DNA from: Veleropilina oligotropha
Lineage: Eukaryota
Length of the DNA stretch: 64,000 nt
Assembly: GCA_048128005.1 (NCBI GenBank)
Contig: JBEUKZ010000112.1
Location: 1-64,000 of the forward strand
Reading direction: 5' to 3'
A program made the translations under genes and the position numbers. Below the pieces are notes generated by a model that had not been told where the DNA came from, ran no database searches, and saw nothing but the letters and a program-made list of their open reading frames with translations. Below are positions 1 through 11,845 of this stretch, one piece after another (the stretch's first letter is position 1; every line of letters starts with the position of its first letter).

Positions 1-2390
1 CAGTCAGTTCCAAACGAACCCACTCCGGCTCCGGTATTGAACGTCAAAGTGCCGATCGCAAAAAGATTCGTCGATTTTCGGGAAATGATAACGAGAACAT
101 TAACGTTTGGGTAGAGGATGCCCGAGGAATGATTGGCGATATGCAACCCGCATAGGCTGAACAATTCTTGGTTCCGCACGAGATGAGGTCAAGTATATGA
201 CTGCTGAGTCTCACCAGGACCCAGATAACATTTTAAATCTTTTATTGGTAATTTTGGTGAAAAGTATTCTGCTGCTCAGCTTCTTTAGAGAATTTTATGG
301 GATTTGTTAGAATTATTTGATAGATTAAGCCGCAAAGATGCAACTGTTATTGATTCTAGAAATAAGATCGTAAGTGTCAGGTGTTTTCTCAAAATGTGAA
401 GTAATAATATATTCGATGCGAATGTAGAGGTTTGTTGGGTGACAATGCACAAGTTACATATCAGGACCTGCGTAATCAGACCATTAAGGTTGCCGAAGAC
501 GATGATACCAGTCGAAGCGTGCCAGGACAACCGTCAGTCAAGTTGCATCGGAGACCCCTGCCGTGTCGACATTTGAATCTTCGCGTCTGGCGAAGATGAT
601 GGACGCGCTGACAGAGAACCAGAGTAGAATATTGGAGCAGTTGAAAAGAACAGCATCATCCATCCAAAGTTCTAGACAATCTCGTCTACCCAGATTACAG
701 GGCGCCGCCAACCAGAACTCCTAAAGCTTCTAGGAGTGCCATCAGGTACGTCATTTTAAGAGAAATTGGACACAACAACAACCGAACGCAAGCGCCAGTG
801 ACCAGGGAAACGGTCAACCGCGGCTGTAAAGATCAAAACAGTGGGAGTTCTAAAGATACAAACAGACTCAACTGAAGAAATATTGAAGAAAGCTTCAGTC
901 CCCAGCCCCGTGTTAAAGTCTTCTTCGATGGAGCAGCAGCAGCAGATTATCTATTGGATACGGGTACCACGGTGAGCACGGTGAGTGCGAGGTTCTATTA
1001 TATATTATCTCGTGGGAGAGTACTGAAGGACTCGCCAAAATCGTTGACGCTAAGAGAAGCCAATGAGTTGGAGCTACCATAATATATTTGCTGAAATTGA
1101 TATCGACATTAAGGGGGTATATCTTCGGAAAATGGGGATATTTTGTCATGGCTTAATTGGAATTGGATATCCCGAGAGAGGTTCCTGTAGTAGGGAAATT
1201 ACTGAAGATTATCGGTGCAACTCCCAGTTGTAATTCTGATAATGCAAGTTCGAAATTCCTTAGGTTGGCAGGAAGAGACCCCGTTTGAGTCCCAGCTGAG
1301 TCCGTATGTCATGTTAAAATCGTCAAACATACCTGTTGTAGACTGTATGATAACTGCTTGTAAAATCCTTGTCACCCTCGCTTTAGTAAACGTGGATCAT
1401 ACACCCCTGTACATAGAAGTGGTGAATCCAGGGTTAGCTGATGTTTGGTTGATCATAAGTCTCTGGTCGGAACTATTTTCCCTGTCGAAGATATCAAGAC
1501 AGTGGATAGCCAGCATGCGGATTTCAAGACCATTGGGGTGAATGAGATTCTCGTTTCGACAGAAGATTCTAGTCAGAAGTGTACGAAGGGATTTTCCAGA
1601 TTGGATCAAGGAAATGGTTGATTCACCTTTGTTGACAGAAGACCAGAAGTTGATGGTTGCGCAAATGCTTTCCAGACATCTAGAGGTTTTTGCATTTAAT
1701 GGCGAACTTGGCTGCACCAGCACTATTCCACACAGCATCGTCACAGTTGGTGAACCGCTAGCTGAAGTGCATTCATACAGAAGACTTCCCCCAAATCAAC
1801 TATCAGACGAAAAAATCATACCATAGAGCTGCTTACCAAAGGTGTAATTCGCGAGAGCAAATCCAGTTATGCAAGTCCAATGGTATTCGTCAAAATGAAG
1901 AACGGCAAAATCAGATTGGGCAGTGATTATCGTCACCTCAACTCCAAGAAAGGGAATGACGCCTTCCCGCTTCCACGAACTGAAGAGTGGTTAGGTGCCC
2001 TTGGTGGATCAAAGTTCTTCTATGGACTTACAGTCAACGTATAACCAGGTAGAGGTCGAAGAAGATAAACATAAATTAAGACTGCATTTGTAAGTCCTAT
2101 GGGTTGTACGAGTTCAACCGGATGTCTTCCCAGAGACTAATGCAATGCGTCTTCAGAGATGCCATTATCAACGATTGGTGATCTACATGAACGACATCGT
2201 CGCATTTTCAAGCAATTTTGAAGAGCATTTGAACAGGCGTGTTCGAATGGCCAATACCAACGACCGTGCAAGAAGTACGATCCTTCCTGGGCTTGACGAG
2301 CTATTATTGTCGATATGTAAAGGGATTCACTCGGATCACTGCACCGCTCCACAAATATACCGATCTTTCTTTTTTTTAGAAGCTGATTAG
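1..2390 (+). mobile_element. Degenerate Gypsy/Ty3 LTR-retrotransposon internal region (gag-protease-RT), many stops and frameshifts
   Basis: Protease motif DYLLDTGTTVS at about 945-977. RT motifs SSYASPMVFVK..IRLGSDYRHLN (about 1860-1945), DAFPLPR, KTAFVSPMG and LVIYMNDIVAFSSNFEEHL (decayed YxDD). No LTR visible. Confidence 0.85.
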
Positions 2391-2532
2391 CCTAGGCCCC
2401 TATACCTGTTGTTATAGGAAATTGACCATTTGTTTTATGTTATTCAAGTTCAGCTGGTATAATGAGCTGTGAGCGTGGTGACGTGATGCGACTGTCATCC
2501 TTCTAGAATAAGTGGTAGGTTTCGTTAGTTAG

Positions 2533-3621
2533 CAGTGGTGTAGGAGCCGGGGGGTAGGGGCTAAATACCAAATTTTTTAGAAGTGCCCTTAAATTTGCAA
2601 GTGCCCTTAGATCTCCACTCAAATTGCATACGCGGGCTCATAATTTGTTATAAAATAACTGGTATTAACCCCCCAATATTTTTATTGGTGCCCTTAGACA
2701 GACTCAAAGTATATATCCGACTTCATAGTTTTTATGTGTGCACCATCTCTAGAATTAATTTTTACCATCCATTTTAGATAAAAATCCGTTTTCGAGCAAA
2801 ATCTGCTTTCGATCAACCATGCCCACTTTATGCAATTTTGTGCGATTTTTATAAGGGGGGTTTACCATAGACAGAAGAGTTAAAGTATATCTGAGTTCAT
2901 AGCTTTTATCACAAGTACAATATCCTTGAGATATCTGCATCTAACGACAGTCACCATTCTTTGGATTATAATTAGTGGTAAAATGATTCGTAAATATTGC
3001 TAAGAAATACCACATTTACATCATCAGAATACAGAAGAAGGTGTTTCCCACGGTTAATTGTGTCAAAAATTTCTTCCATGGGGTGGTGGAATCATTCGTA
3101 AATGTTGTTAAGATATATCACATTTCCATCATCAGATTACAGGAGGGGATATTTCGCACGGTTATTTGTCAATAATTCTTCATATGACGTGGGAAATTGA
3201 TAGGATAATTCGACCCCGTAAGGCCCAAAGTCCTGATGACCATCATGTCTCCCGCAATTATGCAGTCCCTGGTCATATATACAGCTGTATATTATATTTC
3301 AAAAACGTCTTTGACCTATCTTTCAAATTGAAAACTTTTACAGAGTGGTTAAAATGATTCAAAGATGTTGGTAATAAATAGAACATTAGCGATCTCAGAA
3401 TACAGGAGAGGGGGTTTCACAAGGTTGCGTCAAAATTTTCTTCCGAGCACGCGGACCATTACCTTCATATTTCTATTTGGAAAAATATCCTCAACCCCCA
3501 CAGCAATCATATATACATACGCACAAATGTACGGCTCAAAATTACCTTTATTTAAAATTAATTATGATAAGTGCCCTTCCCCCCCCCCCAAAAAAATCCA
3601 AAATTGCTTCCTACGCCACTG
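2533..3621. mobile_element. Non-autonomous TIR element (CAGTGGyGTAGGA termini, hAT-like)
   Basis: CAGTGGTGTAGGA at 2533 and TCCTACGCCACTG ending 3621; flanks GTTAG/TTTAG (imperfect 5-bp TSD). Confidence 0.65.
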
Positions 3622-5159
3622 TTTAGTAATAATAATGGACATTTATATTGCGCCGTATCCGCCCAGGTCGTACGCTCACAGCGCTATCTTCACAATAGTA
3701 TATTAATTAGAGATAGTACTAATTAATTTTAATTGGCGTAAAGAAAATGAATACGAGCTTTGTCGATTTAAAACAATTAACAGTTCAGTCACTGCAAGGT
3801 TTTTACACTTCATATATAGCCAAAAAACTATGTAGTGACATATAATTAAGCATGTACAAAATTAATTTTGATATAAACTATCAACTCCCCATGCGGAGGA
3901 AAATTTTAACATTAACGGTGTAATATGTGTTAATATGATTAATACTGCTATTGATATTTTATTGGAGTCTCCGAGATCATATTGCGAAAATTATAACTTT
4001 ATATGATTTTATTTTCAAGTCTACTGAAAAATGAACGTGGACCATCAACCGGAAGCTTTTCTAGTCGGATTTGTAAACGAGCCAATAAAATTGCGACATA
4101 ATAATTCCACGCGTGTTCATTGGCTAGCTTGACCGCCAGTTTGAAAATGGAAATCCGCCGAAATGTAAGCCAAATCATCGATGGAACACTGTACTGTAGC
4201 AAAAAGCATTAGAAAATTTTGTAGTAATACCATACATTTCATGTATACGCAACAACATAAGGTAAAGTGTTTGTTAATACAACCCAGTTTGGAAGTTAGT
4301 AAACCTTAAATTGAACGAGCATGTGTCGATTTTGTTTGTGATCAATGATGATCGAGGGAAGACTGCACAGTTTATTACCGTAAACTATGGTAAAGCTTTT
4401 ATTAGTCGCCGGCGGTATGAGTGTATTGAAATTAATAGTCGCCGGGTCAGTCAAAGGTGTCCTTATGCCAATGCAACGGGCACGAGCAAAAGTAAAGCAT
4501 ATTGTTTTCACGCGCTGTCTGAGTGATGTGAGAACGACTCCGCGTGCATGATGTCTGACGATTTACTTCATGAATGTCAAGAACAAGTGAATATTTGAAA
4601 TCAACTTTCGATGATTTCATCTTTACAAGTCGATCTGGACACCATGTGAAGGTGATGTTCTAAGTACAAAAGTAGTCACGAAAATAATAGACGCCGGGTC
4701 TCTAATAGACAGATAGACGCCGGGTTTACGAGCTACCTGAAATTATTTAACAACCGGGCTTTACCGTTAGGGTACCTTCGCCTCCGTATGTATGTTACTG
4801 ACACGTACTTACTTACAGGTCATCTTCTGATTGGTAGGCCTCGCCGGCCTCGGACATCAGCTCTGCGTTGAATACTACGTCAGGTACACTGTACAATAAT
4901 TATTATAAGTACATCAGTACGGTACTATATCAGTCACACTCTGATGTTCGAGTATATATATTTCACTCGAACATTATAAATTCACAACACGAACATTTAT
5001 TATAAATGGACTCTAACCATTGCAACAGTTACAATATAACCAATTATCTTGGGGCCTGTGACTCATAAGCTCGAAAGAGTTTCCTACAGGTCTCCAGCCT
5101 CAACACCTCTTAAATTTTTGTGAAGTCGATCATCTTTTTATAATATTAATATATTAATT

Positions 5160-5415
5160 GTATTATGTAATATCTGACTTTGATCTATGTGTATTTAAAT
5201 GTTGTGAAAAAATAAATTTGATTTGATCAGGTCCTGTGGTGCGGGAGCGAACGTAGTCACCTGGTTGCTCCGATTCCCAGTCGTACTTGATGGTTTCGTT
5301 TTTCCACAACTTGTCCAATCTTCTTTCGAACGAGTGAATGGTCTTTGCATCCACGATATGTTGAGGGAGATTATTCCATGTCGTGGCAGATCTGTGGATG
5401 AAGGCATTCTGGACG
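5160..5415 (-). mobile_element. LINE (CR1/L2-like) 3' fragment
   Basis: Minus-strand ...TIHSFERRLDKLWK resembles the ORF2 C-terminus of CR1/L2 elements. Confidence 0.55.
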
Positions 5416-5417
5416 TT

Positions 5418-5537
5418 ATGGCGAAATCCATCATGCCAATCTTCGACTTTCTACCCACTGATTATGTACTACAGTATAATATAACAGGGTGGGTACTGGG
5501 TAGCATGTCGAAGATTGGCATGATGGATTTCGCCCAT
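5418..5537. repeat. Short inverted repeat (hairpin, about 40-bp arms)
   Basis: GGCGAAATCCATCATGCCAATCTTCGAC (5420-5447) is perfectly inverted at 5507-5534; CTACCCA/TGGGTAG extend the arms. Confidence 0.85.
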
Positions 5538-6246
5538 ATTTCTGATTTGCATCAATGGCCCGTGTTTAAACTCTTCATCGTACAAACATCAAAATAGACT
5601 CAAATGTTCTTTACATCAGGGCCAATGACAACGTGAATTATATAGAATTTATCTCACACATGATGACTGCCAGGGGGATTGTAAAAATAGAGGGTCAATT
5701 TCTAATTTTGTCAAATCTAATTAAATTATGTAAATTCGTTATGCAAATCATAGTCTTGATGGAATTATATTGATATCAGCAAAAATATTTAGAAAATAAT
5801 GTGAAATGTGAACTTTATAAGCATTTTAGAAATCAACCAACACAAATTGCAAATAAATGCCGTAAATATGTAACCACTGAAACCAAACACCTCAAATTTT
5901 AACAAGTGACAGTGGGCCATTTATAATATCTACAACTCTTATCGATATACTTTGTGTTTGAGCGAATTTGTAGCAATAATTTTTGTTCCGAAGTCAAAAT
6001 TGTCGAGACATTGCGATATTTGTAATAGCTCTTTAAATACTACTAACACCGTGATATAATTTACACCATTAAGCAAGGTTACCGTAATCTATCTTTCTTG
6101 AAAATTTCAGGTATATTGCTTTAGTAACTATTGAGTTATTGCGAATTAAGTAAATATTGTCATCTTCGGCAAAATTTGCAAATACAAAAATCTAACACCA
6201 AATATAAATAGCCTAAATTAGCCATAGTAATTCGACTGTGTGTATG

Positions 6247-7151
6247 CAGGGCTCGAAATTGGCGCCGGACCTCCGGCTTTTGCCGGTAAATTTCGCGGAG
6301 GCCCGTTAATTCATCACTGGTGCCGGCCCTCGTGTCTGGTAAATATTTACCTATTGACCGACCCGTTTTATTGCTGTCAAATAATGTTGTTCTCGCCCCT
6401 TCGTGTGCGACAACCATTGAACGTAAACACTCGCAAAAGTTACAGAAATATCGCGAGAAGTCGCTACGGACTGGTTTTCAATTTCATTTGCGTTTGCAGC
6501 ATGCATATTAAGCTACAAACATTACATGAAACCAGTCCTTGTCACGTGTAGGAAACTAGTTCCACAGTTCGTGTTTTTAAAGTATTAATCTCACCAGGAA
6601 GTGTAGTCTCGTTTTAAAGTTAGATCCAAATGATATGTCAACTCCTAACCAGAAAAGACGCGAGCAGCAATAATAGTATTAGACACATTAGAAACATGAC
6701 TATTAATTGCGGCTAAATAAAAATGCCTCAATGTTCATTGAATTAAAATCGGTATTTGGCGCTTTCTTACAAAGTTGCTATATAAACGAAATCGTCAACG
6801 CAATATTCAGGGGAGATAATTGTCCTCGAACTCTACAAGTTCAACAGTATTTGTTTTAGTCTCGTGTCGCTTTGACGCGATATTTTTAATTTATGCATTG
6901 CAAAGTATCACAATATAAAAAGGAATAAAAAAATTGGAGTTGATAAAATTATAATTGTTAATTTGGCGTTTGCGTGTGATACGATAGTGATTCGTTGGCA
7001 CTTGCATAAACAAGGGAAGTAATTCTTGAATCTTTCAGCGTTGTTTTTTTATTCATTTAATGAGGTCCAGCAAAAATTTTGGAGGTCCTTTAAATCTGCT
7101 GAGCTACTGGCCCTCGGGTCCAGTGAATTTAAATTCCAATTTCGAGCCCTG
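6247..7151. mobile_element. Non-autonomous hAT-like element with 6-bp TSD
   Basis: TIR CAGGGCTCGAAATTGG...CCAATTTCGAGCCCTG; TGTATG on both flanks; an empty-site paralog lies at about 7560-7630. Confidence 0.85.
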
Positions 7152-8135
7152 TGTATGGCGCAAACTGTTAAAGCTATGCACTGCTCAGAAAGTGTTCCAC
7201 ACGCATGCAGCTGCGTAAACAATTTGTTAATTAATACATAAAATAAAAGGAAATTTAAAATTGACGTCTATAATTAAACTTGATATTTATTTTTTTTAAA
7301 CAGAATATATAGGAAAAATGAATAATTACCATAACAAAGTTACATGTTCAATATATGGTGTTCGCAGAAGAAATTATTTGAATTAAATTAAGATTATAGT
7401 GACATATGGCGCAGAAAGAAGTATATTAAGGATGACGTTCTGCTTTCTGATGTTAAATAGCGTAACTGTGGAGCTAAATATCTAACGGATATATAATGGG
7501 AATTGTTACTTGGATGCTATCTATATTCTCTATCAAAATTAAGTATTTAAAATTGTAACACCAAATATAAATACTGAATAGCCTAAATTAGCCGTGGTAA
7601 TTCGACTGTTGTGTATGGCACAAACCGTTATTACTTAAGACGTTGGCGAAAGATCTAGAGGTCAGGGGTTCGGTTACAGTTACCTCCAAACTAATTATGA
7701 TTGTAATTCATGTTTAGAAATATTGACCGTAGACATTTCTGACTCACCATCGTCTTCCTTGGTCCTGTGGCGAGGGTTTGCAATCTCCTCTGATTGTTCT
7801 TGTTGAACTCTGTTTATTTACGGTCCCTTATTTACCCCCTCACCCCTTCTACTGAATTAAAACATAGATATAAGTTTGATAGTTTTCATGCATATGCTCT
7901 CATTACAGTACTTCACCATTACCGTTCTGACTTTGGGCCTTCAAGTCCCTGATTTGTATTAGGCCCAAAATATTGTTTGTTTGGGGTTTCATCAGTTTGA
8001 AAAACAGGGTAGGAAGGTAGGTTTTTTTTTTTTATGTTCGGTCTGTGTACGTGAATAAAAGTGTGTTTCTGCTGTTCATTGCATGTTTCTACTGTGTGTG
8101 TGTTTATGTGTGAGAGAGGCCTAATAGGCCTAGTA

Positions 8136-9660
8136 TGAAATGAAATGAAATGAAATTTATTTGCCAAAAAATAAAATATAAATAAAAATATATATATATA
8201 TATATATAGATAGCAAATTACAAGTTATACGTAATATTGTACTTAAATACTAAAAAATATATAGCTCAATTAACAAGTTAAATAAATCATCATACATCCA
8301 CACATGCATATATACATAATATACAATTTATACATATAAACATATTATTTAAATATAGGCACGTAATTATGTGTGTATAATGCTAATAATAATACAGTAG
8401 TATATTGTAATAATGGTGTATATGCATGCACTTAATATATGAGAATAATTGTGTATATATATTATTATAGCGATAGTAATTTTATTTTTTTGGCAGGGAG
8501 ATCGCAAGAAACCATAGAGGGCTTATAGATCGACCACCCTGTAAACGAAATGAAATTATACATAATTATTAATAGTAGATGGGAATTTCAATATATAAAG
8601 CTAGTTCAAATAGTATTTAAGACATGTATTATATTATTATAAGGACCCATGTGTTTGCATTAATATTTTATCACAGAGTTTCTAAATATTTTTTGACAAG
8701 AATTGATTTGTATTTAAATTTAGCAAGAGTATTTAGCTCTTTTAACGATGCGTCAAGTGAGTTCCAAAGTCGAGGCCCATAATGTTTAAAAGTAAAAGTC
8801 GATTATTAGTTCGACACGGTATTAAGTGATAATCGTTTCTATGTCGAGTATCGTGTTGATGTATTTCACGATTTGTGTAAAAATAGCTTGAAAACGAATG
8901 TGGTAATTTATTTCGATGAAATTTAAACATAAATATGGCCACTTGTAATTTATGAATGTCATATATCTAGTTAATTGCCGATATTTGTGGAAAATAGGGT
9001 TAGTGTGGGCAAGGAAAGGTGACGATGCTTTCTTTTGCAATAAAAGTAATTTTCTTAAGCGCGTTTTATATGTACTAGCCCAAACGACAGTGCAATACTG
9101 AAGATAAGGTAAAATTAATGTGGTATAGAGAAGAGGTAATATCGAAGAATGTAGATATTGTGATACTTTGTACAGAATTCCTGTGGTTTTGGCAATTTTT
9201 GTAGCCACATTTTTAATATGCTCGTTCCAATTTAGGTCTTTGTCAATGGTTACCCCAAGGAATTTTGTATGAGAGACCTGACTCAGAGTAGTTCCATCAA
9301 TATTTATTGACGAGTCTAATGAAGGAACTTTTATTCTTGATCATGACAATGATGTGAATATAATAAAACTCGTCTTCCTGACATTTAAGGATAATTTGTT
9401 TACTTTAAACCATTTTGAAATTTTTAATAGTTCTTCATTTACTGTTTGAATAAGTGTTTGTATATTTTTGTGAGAGTAAAACATATTTGTATCATCAGCA
9501 AATAATATAAATTTCATAATCGAAGATGCGTTTGCCAGATCATTAACATACAAGATAAATAATAATGGACCAAGTATGAAACCTTGTGGGACTCCACAAG
9601 AAATTTCCTTGATATGCGACTCCATGGAATTTAATGATACATACTGTTTTCTATTTGTTA
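8136..9660 (-). mobile_element. 5'-truncated L2/CR1-group LINE (RT C-terminal half plus 3' UTR)
   Basis: GVPQGFILGPLLFILYVNDL...LFADDT, KFLGVTIDKDLNW, YCTVVWAST; minus-strand AATAAA plus (TTTCA)n tail at 8136-8161; frameshifted. Confidence 0.88.
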
Positions 9661-11211
9661 TCTTGTATTAAGAATCTAGATCACAAAAGACCGGGATAGA
9701 ACCACAAACTTCTTATCAGTTCCATGCTCTGTTACGACCGACGCATAAAACAATGTCTGATTCAAGCCCCTTTCCCACATATGACACGATTTTTATTACG
9801 GTGTTCAGAGCACGATTTTAAAATTATTTGCAATCGCAACGCCGAACGGCGTCGTACACATGTTCCTGGTCCATTGTAGTGAATCGTGATGGCAACGTGG
9901 TGAAGCACGATTTTGGGGGGAATGTTAAAAAAAATCTTGCTCTACCGTAGTTGTGAAAACAATTGTGGACCACCATAGCAGCATCGTATGAGAGTCGTGA
10001 CTGCGTCTTGTTCATTCGTATTGCGGCTCTGCCCACAACACCTACGGCAAGCGAAGACTATGGTGCCAGTACAACTGTACAATGGTACTGCAACCTAACA
10101 AGATGCCAGCAAGACTGCACCAAGAACGTGTTTGTATCACATGACTTCTTCTTCATACAGAGCAGCAGCTTGCATATATTCCATGTTATTGAACATGGTA
10201 AAGATGAAGTAATGCGAAAAATTATGACGTCAACATCCGAATACCTCTAAATTCAGCCATATGTGAGACATGTGATAATTTCCCCGACGAAAACCATTAT
10301 TCACATATAAGCGCACCAAACATCAGAAGTGACTCAAATGTTACAGTGATATTGCATTATTTCATGTTATATAGTGTTGAATGGTCATTATAGCTTACCT
10401 CGCAATAAGCATTTACCCAAAATAACTACTAAATATATAGTTATATTACTATTAAAATGGTCCTATTATATGAAAATTTGGGGAGTGCCTATAAGTGGGC
10501 CCGAACGAAAACCATTATCACCATACAAACGTTACTGTAATATTTATTTTATTTCACGGTAAATGGTCATTATTTAACCCTCAATATAGTATACATTTAA
10601 GAACAATATCTATTAAATATATACTTCTTTTAATACTAAAACAGGTCCATATATGAATAATCACATATACCGGTAGGCGCATGCGCTTATATTGGGATAT
10701 AGGCGCATGCCTCGATGTGAGACAATTTATTTTTTCAATGATAAAAAAATATGCAATAATTCGCTTATAGGCGCATGCGCGTCAATACAGTATTTAACGA
10801 TATTTTGTACGTTACAAACTGCCACAATATAAAATTAAAAAATGAATAAATATTTTCAATAAAACGATATCTTTGTGTTAATGAAAACATAATGGGAGAT
10901 TTTGTGTATGCATAATGAATAAATATTTTAAATAATGGGTGCCTAAATAACAGAATTGCAAGTAAATCATAAACACAGAAATAAATGATAATACTGGCAT
11001 TGTGTGAAATGTACGAGTCATTCACAAAGTCAATAAATGATAATTACCTACTAGGTGTACACTTCATTGGTATATGTTTCATTATAATATGATTACATAA
11101 ATGGATACTGACTAAAAATATATAAAGAATATGGTAACTCCATGTTCTATACATTGATATGATAAAGACTGTTCATTAAAAATTCTATTGAAGACAAAAC
11201 TACCTGTCGCC

Positions 11212-11323
11212 CGAGACAGGTCCATCCATAAGAACATTTTAACCCCTGATATTAGTAACGATCAGCACGAGACAGGTACATCCATAACATCATTTTAACC
11301 CCTGATATTAGTAACGATCAGCA
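11212..11323. repeat. 56-bp tandem duplication
   Basis: Two copies of CGAGACAGGTmCATCCATAA...TAACGATCAGCA. Confidence 0.85.
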
Positions 11324-11439
11324 GACTGCAGAGCGTGGACGATTCTTTTTTATTAGATTTAACCTCTCATGCAATTTACCAATTGATTGTTTGATATATA
11401 TAGACATAACTTTGAAATTGAAATAACGCATTTTCTTAA

Positions 11440-11565
11440 ATCTCTAATTCAGCGTGTTTTCTTGATAAATTTAATGAGGTTCACTAAAATTCTGGGAGGT
11501 CCAGTGAATCTGTTGAGCTACTGGCCCTCGGGTCCAGTGAGTTGAAATTCCAATTTCGTGCTCTG
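11440..11565. mobile_element. Right-end fragment of the hAT-like family at 6247-7151
   Basis: GAGCTACTGGCCCTCGGGTCCAGTGA...TTCCAATTTCGTGCTCTG matches 7100-7151. Confidence 0.75.
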
Positions 11566-11613
11566 AATATGTATATCATATAATTGAATGTGTTCCATTT
11601 CTTTTACAGCACT

Positions 11614-11845
11614 ATGCCAGAGGAAAAAGTTATTCCAGTCAGAGTGGCGTTACGCATTCGACCGTTGATACCCAGGGAATTGTCTGAAGGTTGTCGGGAA
11701 TGTTTACGGTATCACCCAGAAGAGTCACAGGTCATCCTAGGAAAAGATAAGGCATTCACATATGACTATGTGTACAGCCCGAAAGACAGCCAAGCTAGTG
11801 TTTATGATCTGGCAGTCAAACCATTGGTCAAGAGCATATTTAAGG
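11614..11845 (+). CDS. KIF4: KIF4 coding exon 1 ([14 protein letters not shown]...SIFKG)
   Basis: Acceptor ttttacag at 11602-11609 just before the ATG implies an upstream non-coding exon. Donor gtgag at 11846; phase 1. Confidence 0.93.

Noticed and set aside
285..11025. Numerous short ORFs (60-130 aa) in the upstream region
   Set aside because: Apart from the Gypsy and LINE fragments listed, none shows a recognisable motif or exon structure.
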